A DNA stretch of 63,717 nt, filler included, from Reticulomyxa filosa (lineage: Eukaryota > Protista > Foraminifera), in NCBI GenBank assembly GCA_000512085.1. It is 20 parts of 20 records of this genome, joined end to end, with 100 filler letters (N's around TTAATTAATTAA, not from the genome) between each part and the next. Parts side by side here need not be neighbours in the genome. Positions count along the whole stretch, not along the records: positions 16,715 to 30,910 come from ASPP01007662.1; positions 31,011 to 32,419 come from ASPP01024361.1; positions 32,520 to 34,579 come from ASPP01007533.1; positions 34,680 to 40,153 come from ASPP01025008.1; 16 more parts are not named here. One strand, written 5' to 3'. The position numbers and the translations under genes were made by a program. Positions within the stretch are counted from its first letter, which is position 1. Every line of letters begins with the position of its first letter. This document shows positions 27,901-40,253 of the stretch, piece by piece. Below the pieces are notes generated by a model that saw only the letters and a list, made by a program, of their open reading frames with translations, had not been told where the DNA came from and made no database searches.

Positions 27901-30617
27901 GCAAGTTAGTTTGTAAAATCGTATTTTGCAATACATACTTATTGTTTATATCATCAGTTACAACGTTTGTTAGACGAACAAACAAAGAAAGCGCAAGAAT
28001 GGGAGAACAAATATCCAGCGTTGCAGGCCTCGTCCAATTTCAAAGAAGACTCTTCCGTCAGTGCTACCGAATTTGTTGAGAAACAAGAATTTGAACGTTT
28101 GCAAAGTTTGTTCACTGAAGAAAGAATGGAAAAAATAAAAATTGTATATACTTTATTCCTTTTCTCTTCACTTCTTAAAAACAAAAACAAAAACAGAAAT
28201 ATACAAAATGGACTGTTTTGTGTATGTTTTCAAGCAAAGGGAATCACAAAAAATGCAAGAAGAACTGCACTTATTACGAGAAATAGAGGAAACAGAAGGG
28301 GTACCGTCGTATGCTCAACTAAGCGAGCGAGTGCAAACATTAGAAACCGAAAACGCGAAACTCCGCAAAGAATACAATGACGTGATAGAAAAGAAGAAAG
28401 CGTTACAAGAACAGGTGGATACGGAACGTGAACGAAGCAGCACTTTGACACGTAGACTCTCTGTGGCCAATCAAGTTCATGTGAACAAATTGCTTCAATA
28501 TGCATCTTCGCCAATTCTCACTGCGCCAGTTTATAGCAATCGATTACAACAGCCATTACCAATGACGAAAGAAGAAAATCGACAAGGAAAGGAAGCAAAT
28601 CAACAAGAAAACGAAACAAAGGAAGAGATACCGCCTCCACCTTCCTATCCGCCTCCTGATGTGATTGAAAATATGGCTTCTTCAAATACAATGAACACCA
28701 CACCAAACAACGATACGCATGCCCATCAAGTCATTGTCGAAGACTTGGAAGACCAAATACGAGCGTTGAAAACAGATAATAAATTATTAAACGAAAAGAT
28801 TGAATCGCTGGTACTTCATTTACTTGTGATTGGAGTGTTTTTTCTTCTCTCCTAAGAAAAAGAAAGGATATATACATATACGTATACATATACGTATACA
28901 TATATAAATGAACAATGAATTCAAATGCAATAGATTCATCACAACAAGCGTAAGGACATATTATGTGAACGTCCATTAATTCACGTTCAATTATTGGCAG
29001 ATTTTATTCGGGCATTGCCAAACAAACACAAAGAAAAGGTATACGAGAGATATTCCGGAGAAAAAGAGACCCGGCCTTCTGGACAAGTGTTCAACATATT
29101 GTTTTCTTTTCTGGCTATGGCCATTCGTACGCAAGACTTGAATTCCGTGACACCACAACGGTCCCTTTATGCAGAGCGATTACAGCCATATGTCTCATAC
29201 ATTGTCGATCAATACTTGCACGATGGGCAGCTCATGTCATTTGATCAATTAATCAACGACTTGCCACAATGGCTGATTGAAGTTACCAGCGACATGAATT
29301 CTTTTCAACAAAAGCAAATTGAGTTGCAAAAAGAAGTGACCACACTACGAGAGAGACTTGAGGAAACACAACAAGAAAAAGAGCAAATTCGGAGAGAGTC
29401 TATCTCTTTGCACGTGCAATTGAAAGAGATGGTTTTGAACCAAGAAGAAAGAAGTTTGACAGTGTATTATATATTTTTGTGTTGATTTATTATGTTTATT
29501 GTTCTTGTATTGTTGAGCACATCTCTTCTTTAACGCATGATTCGTTTGAGTAGGCCATCAAAGTGAGGACTCGATTGATGAGGTGTACAAACCTTCTCGT
29601 GTGGTGCTACAAGAAGAGAAACTGAGAGCGAAAATAGATCAACTCGAGCTTGATTTGGCCGACGAAAGACATGAAAACACAAAAATCAAAGAATCATCGA
29701 AGAAATCGATGTGGCAATTGGAAACGCAGGTCAAACAACTGCAAGAAGAGATTCAGCGCCATCAATGGTCGGCAAGTGAGAAAAGTCCTGTCACTGAGTT
29801 AGAGGAACGACAAGACATACAAAAGAATGACAATATTGAAACAGAGACTAATTTGCGAGACGAACGAACATGGGCAGAAGAGCGCCTGGAATTTTATAAG
29901 AATGAAGAAAATTTGACAAAAAACGAGTTGTACATTGGCTGGAAAAAAAAAGCAGAAATGTACAAAGAAGAGCTGCAAAAACAAAAAATTCAAATGAGAG
30001 AGCGTGATAATTCGATTTTGACTTTGATAAAATGGAAAGAAGAAGCAGAAAGATTATATCACTTGGAAGAGTTTTGTGTCATAGGTACACTTATCCTTTA
30101 AAACAAAAAACTTGATCAAAACAAAAAAAATAGAGAAAACGGCCAATACAAAGAACAAGTGAATAAATTGAACACACAATTGACCGACTTTCAAAAATCG
30201 CACGAAGGAAAAAAAGTCCGAGCACAGTCGATATATCAACTGCACAACGATGTATCTAACACATTAGAGCAGTCCAAACTACATCACGAAGCAATAATTG
30301 AAAAATATAGAGAAGATGTAAAACAATCAAATACGGCCTTGTCAGAATTTAAACAAAGACTAGATATTTTACAAAAAGAAAAATACGAATTGTTGTCTCT
30401 TCTTACCAAATTAACTGAACAAAAACATTTTGAAGAGCAAATGCGCAAAAACTTGTTAGAAGATAGACAAACCCTCAAGGATCAAGTGGCTGCGATGGAA
30501 GCAAACAAACTCTTGATCGTCCATACAACTTCAGAAACTATTCAATCCCTTCGGGACCATGTCAAGGAACTTTCATTAACATTGCGCCAATATCAAAATT
30601 CGCAAACAAAAATATAA
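24930..30617 (+). CDS. Large multi-exon EF-hand plus coiled-coil protein with repeated [QE]Y[QE]LA[DE]E[KR] motifs
   Basis: Spliced start MSSNSNLS|SEAQQELLALSDSDQ|NEFKRRTAELLKK|RWKDL. EF-hand-like loops DKENEGRISIATF and DTNDKGFITAFDF. Many E/K/Q-rich exons run to the stop at 30617. It may be more than one gene. Confidence 0.65.
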
Positions 30618-31249
30618 GATCATTTTTGCCTTGTTTTGTCAATATTTTTTATCCTTCTTCATTCTCTTTCTATTGTCCTATGAAAAGAGTCCGATCAACT
30701 TTGGAACTAAAAAGACGAAAGATTTCTTTTTTCCTTTTTTGACATTTTTTCAGCAGTAATTTTAAAGTTTGTATCTTTCTTTTTTTTTGTTGATTGGTGA
30801 TTTGATGAGAGGTAATGCTTTCTTGTGTCTAAAAGTTGCAATTTTAATGTTGAATCTTGCAATTTTCTTATTTTTCCTTGTTAAGAAGTAAATTTTGTCT
30901 GTTTTTCGTGNNNNNNNNNNNNNNNNNNNNNNNNNNNNNNNNNNNNNNNNNNNNTTAATTAATTAANNNNNNNNNNNNNNNNNNNNNNNNNNNNNNNNNN
31001 NNNNNNNNNNGTAATAATAAACAAACAAATAAATAAACAAACAATATATATATACATATATGTACATGTTTATGTGTATACTTGTTATTATTATTTATAA
31101 TTAATTTGTTTTTGTTTTTGTGATAAATACTCGATTCGTGAAATGTAAATGCAAAAGATTGAAGCAAAGCGAAAAAGTGATGTTTAATTTATCCTATGTC
31201 CAATGGGTTATTTTGCGTGCAGAAAGGCAATCTCCAATGCAGTGAGAAT

Positions 31250-32419
31250 CCTCATAAAAAAAAAGGATGGCTATTTGCAAAGCATGACGAAATGCAACAG
31301 CCGAGTGGTAACGACAATAGAATACGTACAAGAAAAACGACGATGAAGGTGAAATTGTAACAAAAAAAAAAAAAAAAAAAGAAAGCACTTGTGATTGAAG
31401 GAAAGAAGACGTGACTCCATTGATTAACTGGAAAATACCACCGACGATTGGTCCGAATACCCTTAATCGGAGGGCCATGTTCGAACAGAGACAGTGTGAT
31501 TGGAGCCGTCTGCTTCTTAGAAGAAAACCAATTTCTCCAAAGATCAAATTGCCATTGACATTGCGTTGGATGAGTGGCAGCCCTCCTGCCAATAATTGCA
31601 TTTGAAGAATTTTGCCCATTCATATTGCCAAGACAAATACGAAATGTTGAGTGTGGACTTTGCTGCTTGAGGCCCAATGTCTTGTTTTTTTGCTTTGCAA
31701 TATTTGTTTGAAGTCAAAAGACATGTATCAATTTGACTTGAGTGTAAAATGTATTTTGTGAAAGAAATAAAAATGTTGCCACAACGGGGGTGATCTGAGT
31801 CTCCAAATATTTGAAAGGACGATTGTCCATAATGTAAAGTTATGAAATCCTACTAGGAGCTTACAAAAGCGTCGGCATGGTGAGTGGCCCACCGCTATCG
31901 TCATGGGAACAAATCCGCCAAAGGATATTGGTTTTTTCCAATAGCTCAAAATGTGAGCAAGTCGATTTGTGTTTGAACTGCATTGCTGAAATTACACTTT
32001 GTCGATTATACTCGCGAAGAGAATATCCACAATCTTCGAAGCTCGGTATCGTTGGGTGAACGGACAATGAATCTTTGAAGAAATCGATATAGACAATGCA
32101 ATATCCAAACTGTCTCAAAAAAGAGCCAAGATGATTTATAACTCAAGGACGTGTATCAAATCATGCCGACATCCCAAGAAATGTTCAAAGCACCAATATG
32201 ATAGAAAACTGCTAAATTCCTCCAGTCATCATTCATTCGATATTACAAAGGCATGATTGGATTCAATGGAAGCTTCTGAACAAGTGTGAAAATATCAAGT
32301 GGAAACCCGGAGGCACCGGCGAACAAGGAAAACTCAATCGTTGTGGAAATTGGCGCTAATTTTATGGCGCAGGACACAATCGATGCGCAGGTACCTTTGG
32401 CACATTCAAAAATCAAGTT
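31250..32419 (-). CDS. Hypothetical protein fragment
   Basis: Coding-like composition with several minus-strand open segments. No motif recognised; frame continuity unclear. Confidence 0.3.
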
Positions 32420-32954
32420 NNNNNNNNNNNNNNNNNNNNNNNNNNNNNNNNNNNNNNNNNNNNTTAATTAATTAANNNNNNNNNNNNNNNNNNNNNNNNN
32501 NNNNNNNNNNNNNNNNNNNAAAAAACATCAGATCACTACTCCTTTTATCAAAGTAAATTTTTGCCATCGTAGGGCTTTTTTTCGGTTGTGACATCTTTAA
32601 GAGTATGCGTGACGCAGTGTGTTGCGGTGTGTCAGTGTGCGTTTGTTTGAACTTTTAAAATTTAGAATCAGTTGTGGGGGTTCACATCAAGGGTTACATA
32701 GCACTACAAACAATTTCAACGTTGTACTTTTTTACAATTTTGTGCGTTTCATAAAAATTGCTTTGACGTTTCTCTCTTTTTGAATTATCCATTGGGAAAA
32801 CAATTTCAGATACTTTGAAAACAAATAATAGTTAATAAGTGAACATTATGTAAAATGCCGCCATGTGTACAATTCAAACATCAAAAAAGTGTTCAATTTT
32901 TGTATAAATTTGTGCAAAAAAGAAAATATGCACTTTTAGCATATTTTGCCTTAA

Positions 32955-34579
32955 TCAATCATCCAGAGGTTTTTGCAAGGTTGCTACCAACAACAATGAC
33001 AATGGAAACATTGCCGATGCAACACATGCATGCCATACAAAAATTGTTTGGCGAGTACCAATAATTCCAACTACAATAACGGTTAACAAAATCACCAAAG
33101 TTTCAACCAAAAAGGTCCATTCCAATTCTTGAATATAAATTAAGGTGCAGAATATCCCCAACACAAATGTCGAGTTCATTGACGAAGCACCTGTTAATAA
33201 AAAAAAAGTGTGTTACAAAGTTTTTGGAGTTTGACATTGTCATATAGCCTCGACAAACAAAACAAAAATAAATAAATAAATGTTACCATAAAGAGAGCTC
33301 AATGCTAATGATATACTTTCCGTAGTTTTTTTACGTGCAAACAGTAGACTAGAATAAATTTCACTTGAGTTGGAGGCCAATGGAGTGATAATAAAAGAGA
33401 CATAAAATGCATTAACGCCAATAGTTTTGGAGAAATTGTCAATGACATTGACCATCGGGTCACTGAAAATGATACACAACCCAGTGCCCCCAAACAACAA
33501 AAGAAGAGCTTGCCATAAAATCTGTCGATCGGTCAGATGCAATTCCAGTTCGTCCTCTTCCTCCTCTTCTTCTAGCCCTTCTTTCCAAATATCTTCCAAC
33601 AGCTGTAGGTCCTCCTGTTGTTTCGTCGCGTTCCGTTCTTTCGTATCGCCGTGTTTTGGGTTCAAAGGGCTGGTCTCCGTTTTTATTGCTTCAGCATCTC
33701 CACTATGCAATTTCTCTTTTTCTTTTTCTTTTCCTTTTCCTTTCGCCTTTCCTGTGCCCTTATCCTCCGCATTCGCATTTTCTTTTTGATCACTAATTTC
33801 GATCATATGTTCCGTTGGGTTTTGTCTATGTTGCTAGTTTTTTTTTTTTTGCCAAGTAATATATTCAACAGAGCATTTTGTTTACTTTATTCCATCGTTG
33901 GTTGGGTCAACATATTCCCCTCCCTAACAATCTCATCATACCAAAAGAACACGTGACCACTTTTTGATTGCTGAAGCAAACTCATCGAACGTTAGTGTGT
34001 CCACATCTTCATCCGTATTCATATCTCTGTGCAAGAAAAAAAACTCCTTTTACACTTGTTGTTGTGATCGGGAGAGAAGGGGGGGGGGGAAAAAAAAAAA
34101 ACTTTTATTTACAAACTTCATAATTTGAAAGATTTGCTCTCGTGAGCAATTCAAACCCATTGCTTGGAATCCAGCATACAATTCATTTCTATCGATTTTT
34201 CCATTGTTGTCCTTTTTTTTATTTTAACGTATTATATATAACAAACAACACATGCACAAATGTGCAAACAAAACGTTTGGTTTCATTCAACAGCATCCAT
34301 CTATGTGACAAAGTAAAAAAAAAAAGGGAAGGAAAAAAAAAAAAAAAGATAAACTTTGTCAAATTTTTCAAACACCGTTCGAAGGGCGTTGTCAGTTCTC
34401 CCAAACTTGTGGGCAACGTTACCTTGCCAACGATCGAACTCCTCTCTACGCTGACGCATTTCAATAATCTTTTGCGAGCGACTATCCATTACCTGATAAA
34501 TGCCATACGTCGCAAAAGCAACCGCACAAACAACCAGCCCGATTAATGCCGGAAGTTGTTCTGCTTTCGCAGCATCGGA
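32955..34579 (-). CDS. EF-hand-containing Na+/Ca2+ exchanger-like protein (NCL/EF-CAX family), 3' part
   Basis: EF-hand segment ALRTVFEKFDK; alpha-repeat FSDPMVNVIDNFSKTIGVNAFYVSFIITPLASNSSEIYSSLLFARKKT..SISLALSSLYG|ASSMNSTFVLGIF; C-terminal transmembrane helices. Confidence 0.88.
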
Positions 34580-34679
34580 NNNNNNNNNNNNNNNNNNNNN
34601 NNNNNNNNNNNNNNNNNNNNNNNTTAATTAATTAANNNNNNNNNNNNNNNNNNNNNNNNNNNNNNNNNNNNNNNNNNNN

Positions 34680-34723
34680 TAAGATATGTTTTAGGCATTC
34701 AGTTTTCTTTGCAACCTACTGTA
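34680..34723. mobile_element. Probable Tc1/mariner-type terminal inverted repeat end plus TA (copy 2)
   Basis: Near-identical to 13229-13272, also at a contig start, with an unrelated flank after ACTG-TA. Confidence 0.65.
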
Positions 34724-35646
34724 ATAGTTTCAGAAATACAGTTACATTCGCTAAATCACTCAAAGTAAAAAAACACCAAAATAAAAAAAGGTCACAAGTA
34801 AAAAAATTTAATGGCAAGCGAATATTATTTTTCAACCAAAATGTCTCTACTTTTCATACAACACAAAATAATGGTAAAAACATCTTTACATAACTTGTAA
34901 AACAGATAAAATTTTGGTTAATTTTTATTGAACAAGTGTGTAATTGGCATTTTATTTATCAAATGCGAAATCCTTGAATTTTTAATTATTATCATTGAGT
35001 TTTGTTGTTATTTCTCATCGAATACCATAAAGTATACCCGTAATAAGAGTGAACAAACTGAAACACATGTATCATTGTGAATTACTTACTTTTTAAAATA
35101 GATTGTAATAAAATTGTTAAAAGAGTTCGAAAAATAAGAAACACTTAATTCAATTTTTTTGTTGTTTGAGCAACAAAAAAGTCTTTTAAACTGAGGTTTT
35201 TTATAGCGGGCTGGCCCCGTGAAGAAAAAGTATAATGTTAAAGAAGACAGAGAAGTAGAGGGGCAATGTGCGGACATTGTAATCAAAACACAGCATGCTT
35301 GGCATATGACGAGTAAAACTGAGCTATTACTTTGTAAAAAAAGACTTGGGTCCAGTTTAAATACATTGTGAAAACACTGAATTTAATGCGAAACAATAAT
35401 AGCGGATGTCTTCAAATAAAAATCGTATAACTTGTATAACAAATTGCGAATGACCGGATATGCACAGACAATAAAACCCTTGTTTTTTTCTTCTCCTTCT
35501 TAAAAAATTTTGCTCACTATTCGTACGTTCCTTTGATCAACAAAAAAAAAGATGGTGATACAAGGAACTTGTTATGAACAAAAATTATGAAGTTATCAAA
35601 GAAAAAAAAAATACATGAAACAATTAACAAAAAAAAGGAATTATTT

Positions 35647-36015
35647 TTACGTAGACTTATGAATGTCCAAGAGAAAAGTTCTGTTTTTATTTAGATACTG
35701 TAAAAAACTGACAATGAGAAAAGCCTCATTTTCATTGTTATCTTGAGTAGAAAAAAAGTGACTTTTCATCAATTCAACCATTTCAGACTTTGTCAAAGCT
35801 TTTCTATTATCATTTGGGATCAATTTAAATGCTTGACAATACTTTGATAATGATTCATAACTGATGCAATTAAAATTTATTTGACTTTGTATCGATTTCG
35901 AACCGCTTTGTAGACAATCTGCACTTTCTGAATTGGTTTCTTTTGCCACGTTACACTTGTAACTGCTGCTTGAGTAGCCTACGCTCTCAGCTGTTTGGCA
36001 GTCTCTTTTCATCAT
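35647..36015 (-). CDS. SAP30 Sin3-binding-domain protein
   Basis: INFNCISYESLSKYCQAFKL...TKSEMVELMKSHFFS...NENEAFLIVSFLQYL fits the SAP30 C-terminal Sin3-binding pattern. Start codon uncertain. Confidence 0.65.
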   Translation of the reverse strand: MMKRDCQTAESVGYSSSSYKCNVAKETNSESADCLQSGSKSIQSQINFNCISYESLSKYCQAFKLIPNDNRKALTKSEMVELMKSHFFSTQDNNENEAFLIVSFLQYLNKNRTFLLDIHKST

Positions 36016-36368
36016 TCTTTTTTCTTCTCTTGATTTCGTTCCAATATATGTGAGACAATTGCCACTGGTCAACTCTATTATTTTAATGCATCGTCACCAA
36101 AAAAGGCTTTTTTCGAAGCTCAATTCACAAGCCATGAAAAACTCATATTTCGTCCCTTCAAAAAAAAATTTCTAAGTCATTGGCTGAACTATAATTATCA
36201 AGTTTTTTTAGTTTTTAAGTGGATATTGCACTTGAACTAATTATTATTTCCAATTTTATTTGCTTTTAAAGAATTTTATTTATTGTAAAGTTAAATCCAA
36301 AAAAATTTTATAAAACAACGTTTCGGTTGAGCCTCCCAATAAAGGGTAGCACTCTTGTTAAAAAAGAT

Positions 36369-37014
36369 ATGGCCTCTCGTGCCCCTGGCTTAAGTCGTAT
36401 AGTTAGCACTGATTATGCAGACCAAGATGATGAAAAAATTGCAGAAGGAGAATTATATCGAGTGCGAGAAGATTTTCATGGCACAAATCATGTCCATTTG
36501 TCTTTAAGCCACAATGACGTAGTAAAAATTGTGACAAAACCAAATTCTTTAGGTTGGTGTGAGATAGAATTTGTGCTGTTAAGTATTGAAAGCAATTCCT
36601 TCTCCTTCTTCTTCCATATCCAAGGAGAATCTAAAAGAAAATAGAATTATTTTGCATTTGCATTGTCAATAAAAATGTATTAGAACAAAATATGGTATTC
36701 CACCTTATGAAGGTCAAAAAAGACGGGGATATATATTACGAGGTTACTTGGTACAATTGACGCCGCAACAAAAAGAGTACTTTCGAAGGAAAAAAGAAAG
36801 AGACGATAGAAACGAACAAGACAAACAAAAATGGAATTTAAAAGCTTTCTTTGCTTCAAAAAATAAAAATTTGGACACCACAAATTTGAAAGGTCCTCGA
36901 CATCGATTTGCACAGACAAAAACGTGGAGTTTTCGCTCCAATCCTGAAAATAAAAAAAAAGTAAACCTTCCTAATCTTTCCATCGTCAAAATGCTACTCT
37001 TCGTTTCTGCTTAG
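36369..37014 (+). CDS. Small SH3-domain protein
   Basis: LYRVREDFHGTNHVHLSLSHNDVVKIVTKPNSLGWCEIE followed, after a GT-AG intron, by ...KRRGYILRGYLVQL. The 3' end is uncertain. Confidence 0.7.
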
Positions 37015-37969
37015 GATTTTGACATTTGCAAAAGAGATGCTTCTCACATTGTTGTAAATCAATTTATGAAAGGATTACTTAATTTGTTTGTAAATTGAGG
37101 TGACTAAGTTGTTGAGAGAATAGAATATGTTTACATTTCCATAATTTTTCATTTTTTTTTAGAAAAGAAGCTCAGGTGTTCACTTTTAACAAGCTTATTT
37201 ATTAAAGTATTTTGGATACAGTCAGAATATAGCAAGTTTCTCAAATAATAACTAATTGTAATTCAAAAGGTTTGTTTCAATCAATTGACAAAAAGAATTC
37301 TGAGGAATTTTTATCTGTTTGTGTTAGAATAAGCCTAGAGTTACAAAGAGATTCGACGAACAGCTTTTTGATATCGAATGTTCTTTTCAACCGCTTTTTA
37401 GCATCAAGAAAAGTACCAAACACTACAAATGTAATATATCGATAAAACAGTTCTGTTTTCAAAAGAAAAAAGCCATATTCATTAAAATCTCTTGCAAATC
37501 ATGCTTACCCCTTTTTTTTTGGACAATGATGAGCAAGATCCCTCTGGGCAGTTCTTGTGCAGCTGTAATGCTGCTTAAATCTAGGACCCACATCCAGGCC
37601 CAGTCAACTGTAATTGACGGAAAATAATAACGTCTAATCAGCAATGATTAGTTTTTTCATTTTAATCATTTTTTTCAAAAATATCATGAAATTTTATGCA
37701 GAAATTTAATTTTGAATCCAAAAAATGTTATTTTTGAGAATTGACAATATATTTCATTTAGTATTCAACATGCGATTGAAGAAATCATATTTTGTGAAAA
37801 AAAAAAGTAAATGCGCATCACTTGAAAACACACATAAAAAAAAAGAGTCATTACCACTCTAATTGAGAAACTTGATAGTATAAACATCTGAAACATAATA
37901 CGTGATAACATCTGCAAATAAACAAATCGAACAAACAAGAAAAAACAAAACAAAACAATATTGCTAATT

Positions 37970-40153
37970 TTAAAAAATTCTTGCTTTGTCCCTTTCATCA
38001 GCTTTTTTTATTTCAGTGGACATGTCCCAAATTTGATCTTCTGTAAGATCTTTCAGTTTAGCAAACTCTTCAATCAAAATTCTTTGCACAACTTCATTTT
38101 CTTGAACATCAGTATAAGGATGTTGTTGATACATTTGAATATTTTTAATTCGATCTGCCATTCGTTGTGATTTACTGAAATTAACCATTTTAAGTCCTCC
38201 CAAGTTTTCTATTTCTTTTGTGTTCTCTTGTCCATCATCAATAAACACCAAGTCCTGCAAGAATATACCAATATGTGGAATTGAAGGTGCAGCCGCATTG
38301 CGGAAAAGTTGTCGTAAGTTGCGATGATTAAAATCTCGTGAAAAGATTACTTTGAATTGTTCAAATTGTTGTTTTTGTTTATCAGGGACTTTCTGTACGA
38401 ACGCAAACACATATTAAAAAAAAAAACAACATATATTTACTCATTAACATAACTTCCCAAGCTAATTTCAATCTATGAACAGCAGCAGAATTGAGTGCAC
38501 TAAAGATAGCACAGAGTGAGTTATAATTACGTGCGTTTCGGAAGTGTTCACCCATTTTAATAATACGTTTAACAGCACGCCCGCGATCTTTTAACGATTT
38601 TTCTCTCAATATTTGAATTTGAACAAATGTGGTGAGATTGTTAAACTGTTGAATCATTGCCAAGATATTTGGCGAGTTGGCGCGATTGTCTTTCTTTTTC
38701 CAAGCCTGGCCCATACATTCACGTGGTTTGATACGACTGAAAATGCGGAAGTCCATCAAAGTGATTTGATCAGCCAATTCGTCAGGGGACAGACTATGGA
38801 AATTAAATCTTTTTGGGATTTCCACACTCAAATAGTCTTTATCTTGAACGCGAGGCTTACTGCCATGTTTCTTGTATCGTTTGTGTTCATTTCGAACAGT
38901 TTCAGCCAACAATCCATTCCACGAATATGCTTTCGAGTCAGTTGACATCTGTTTAATCCAACTCTCCAACTCCTGCAGCACACTTTCATCATTCGCAAAG
39001 TCCTCCTCCCAATACAACTTCATCCAGTTGCGCAAGTTCTTTACCACATTCAATTGGATCGGCTTCATTGTCTTCTCTTTAAATTCCTCACATTTTTTTT
39101 CATCATCTTTCACATCGTTTGGAATTTGCATAAAGAATCGACGTTTTAATTCTTTTATAAACTTTCTATGTACATATACATATATATATACATATTTATA
39201 TTTAATATTTAATATTTATATTTAAGAGACAAATTGTAATCTTTTACAAAGACATACTCGGCAGTGGAGAATTCTTTGTAACACATGATTAAGGTTTCCA
39301 TGGTTTCATTATCTCTTTGTTGTTCATGTGTGCACAAGAGGATGATTTGTTGGAGAGTCATATCATCTTCATTATCATTGGCCTGTTTCTTCTGCTCTTT
39401 TTCTTTGTGTTCTCCTTCGCCATTGTCATTATTATTGTTTTCATCATCATTGGCATCATTGGCATCATTGGCATCATTCGCCTCGACTTTAACATCGGCA
39501 TTTTCTTGGACCTGAACACTAACAGCGGAGGCCATCTTCTTGCCCTTTTGTTTGCTTTCTCCGACGGAAATAGCGACGACGTGGTCGACACTCTTGGCAA
39601 CCTTAAAGCGATTTTCGTGTGAGTCCAAGACTTTGATAGCTGTGCGAACCATTTCGGGATCGGGTTTTTCTTTGCATACTAAGCGCTGTCCCATGGAATC
39701 CGACTCGAATCCGAGCAAGAATAAAAAGTCGATCACACCTTCATATCCAATCAATTTCTCCTCCACTTTGGGATTGGTTGTATCCAAAGTGCGATACTTT
39801 TCCTCGTCTTTCAAAAGTTTCTTGGCCACACTTCGCAGGGTCACAAACACCGCCGTTGGATTTGAATTGTAGAATCCAATGTCCATGGCTGCACGTTCAA
39901 AGGCATCCTTGTCCCCTACTTTCTTCCCTTCGGCGTTTTTCCCGGACAATTGCATCATCATATTATAATTAGTCACATGTTTGCTGGGCGCCCTTACTTC
40001 GGTACTGCGATTATCTTCCTCGAACAATGACTTCAATGATCCTTGTCGCGTGTGCGTAGGCGATCCTACGGTCACTCCCGACTTTCGTCGCAAGCTACTA
40101 TTGCTTGGTTCGGGGTTATGTCCTTTTTGTTGTTGTTGTTGTTGTTGCTGTTG
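37970..40153 (-). CDS. Ras guanine-nucleotide exchange factor (PUB - REM - CDC25), 5'-truncated
   Basis: CDC25 motifs ELADQITLMDFRIF, QFNNLTTFVQIQIL, NYNSLCAIFSALNSAAVHRLKLAW, PSIPHIGIFLQDLVFIDDG and VNFSK. REM motif VVKNLRNWMKLYWEEDF. N-terminal PUB-like EEKYRTLDTTNPKVEEKL...VIDFLFLLGFE. Confidence 0.92.
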
Positions 40154-40253
40154 NNNNNNNNNNNNNNNNNNNNNNNNNNNNNNNNNNNNNNNNNNNNTTA
40201 ATTAATTAANNNNNNNNNNNNNNNNNNNNNNNNNNNNNNNNNNNNNNNNNNNN

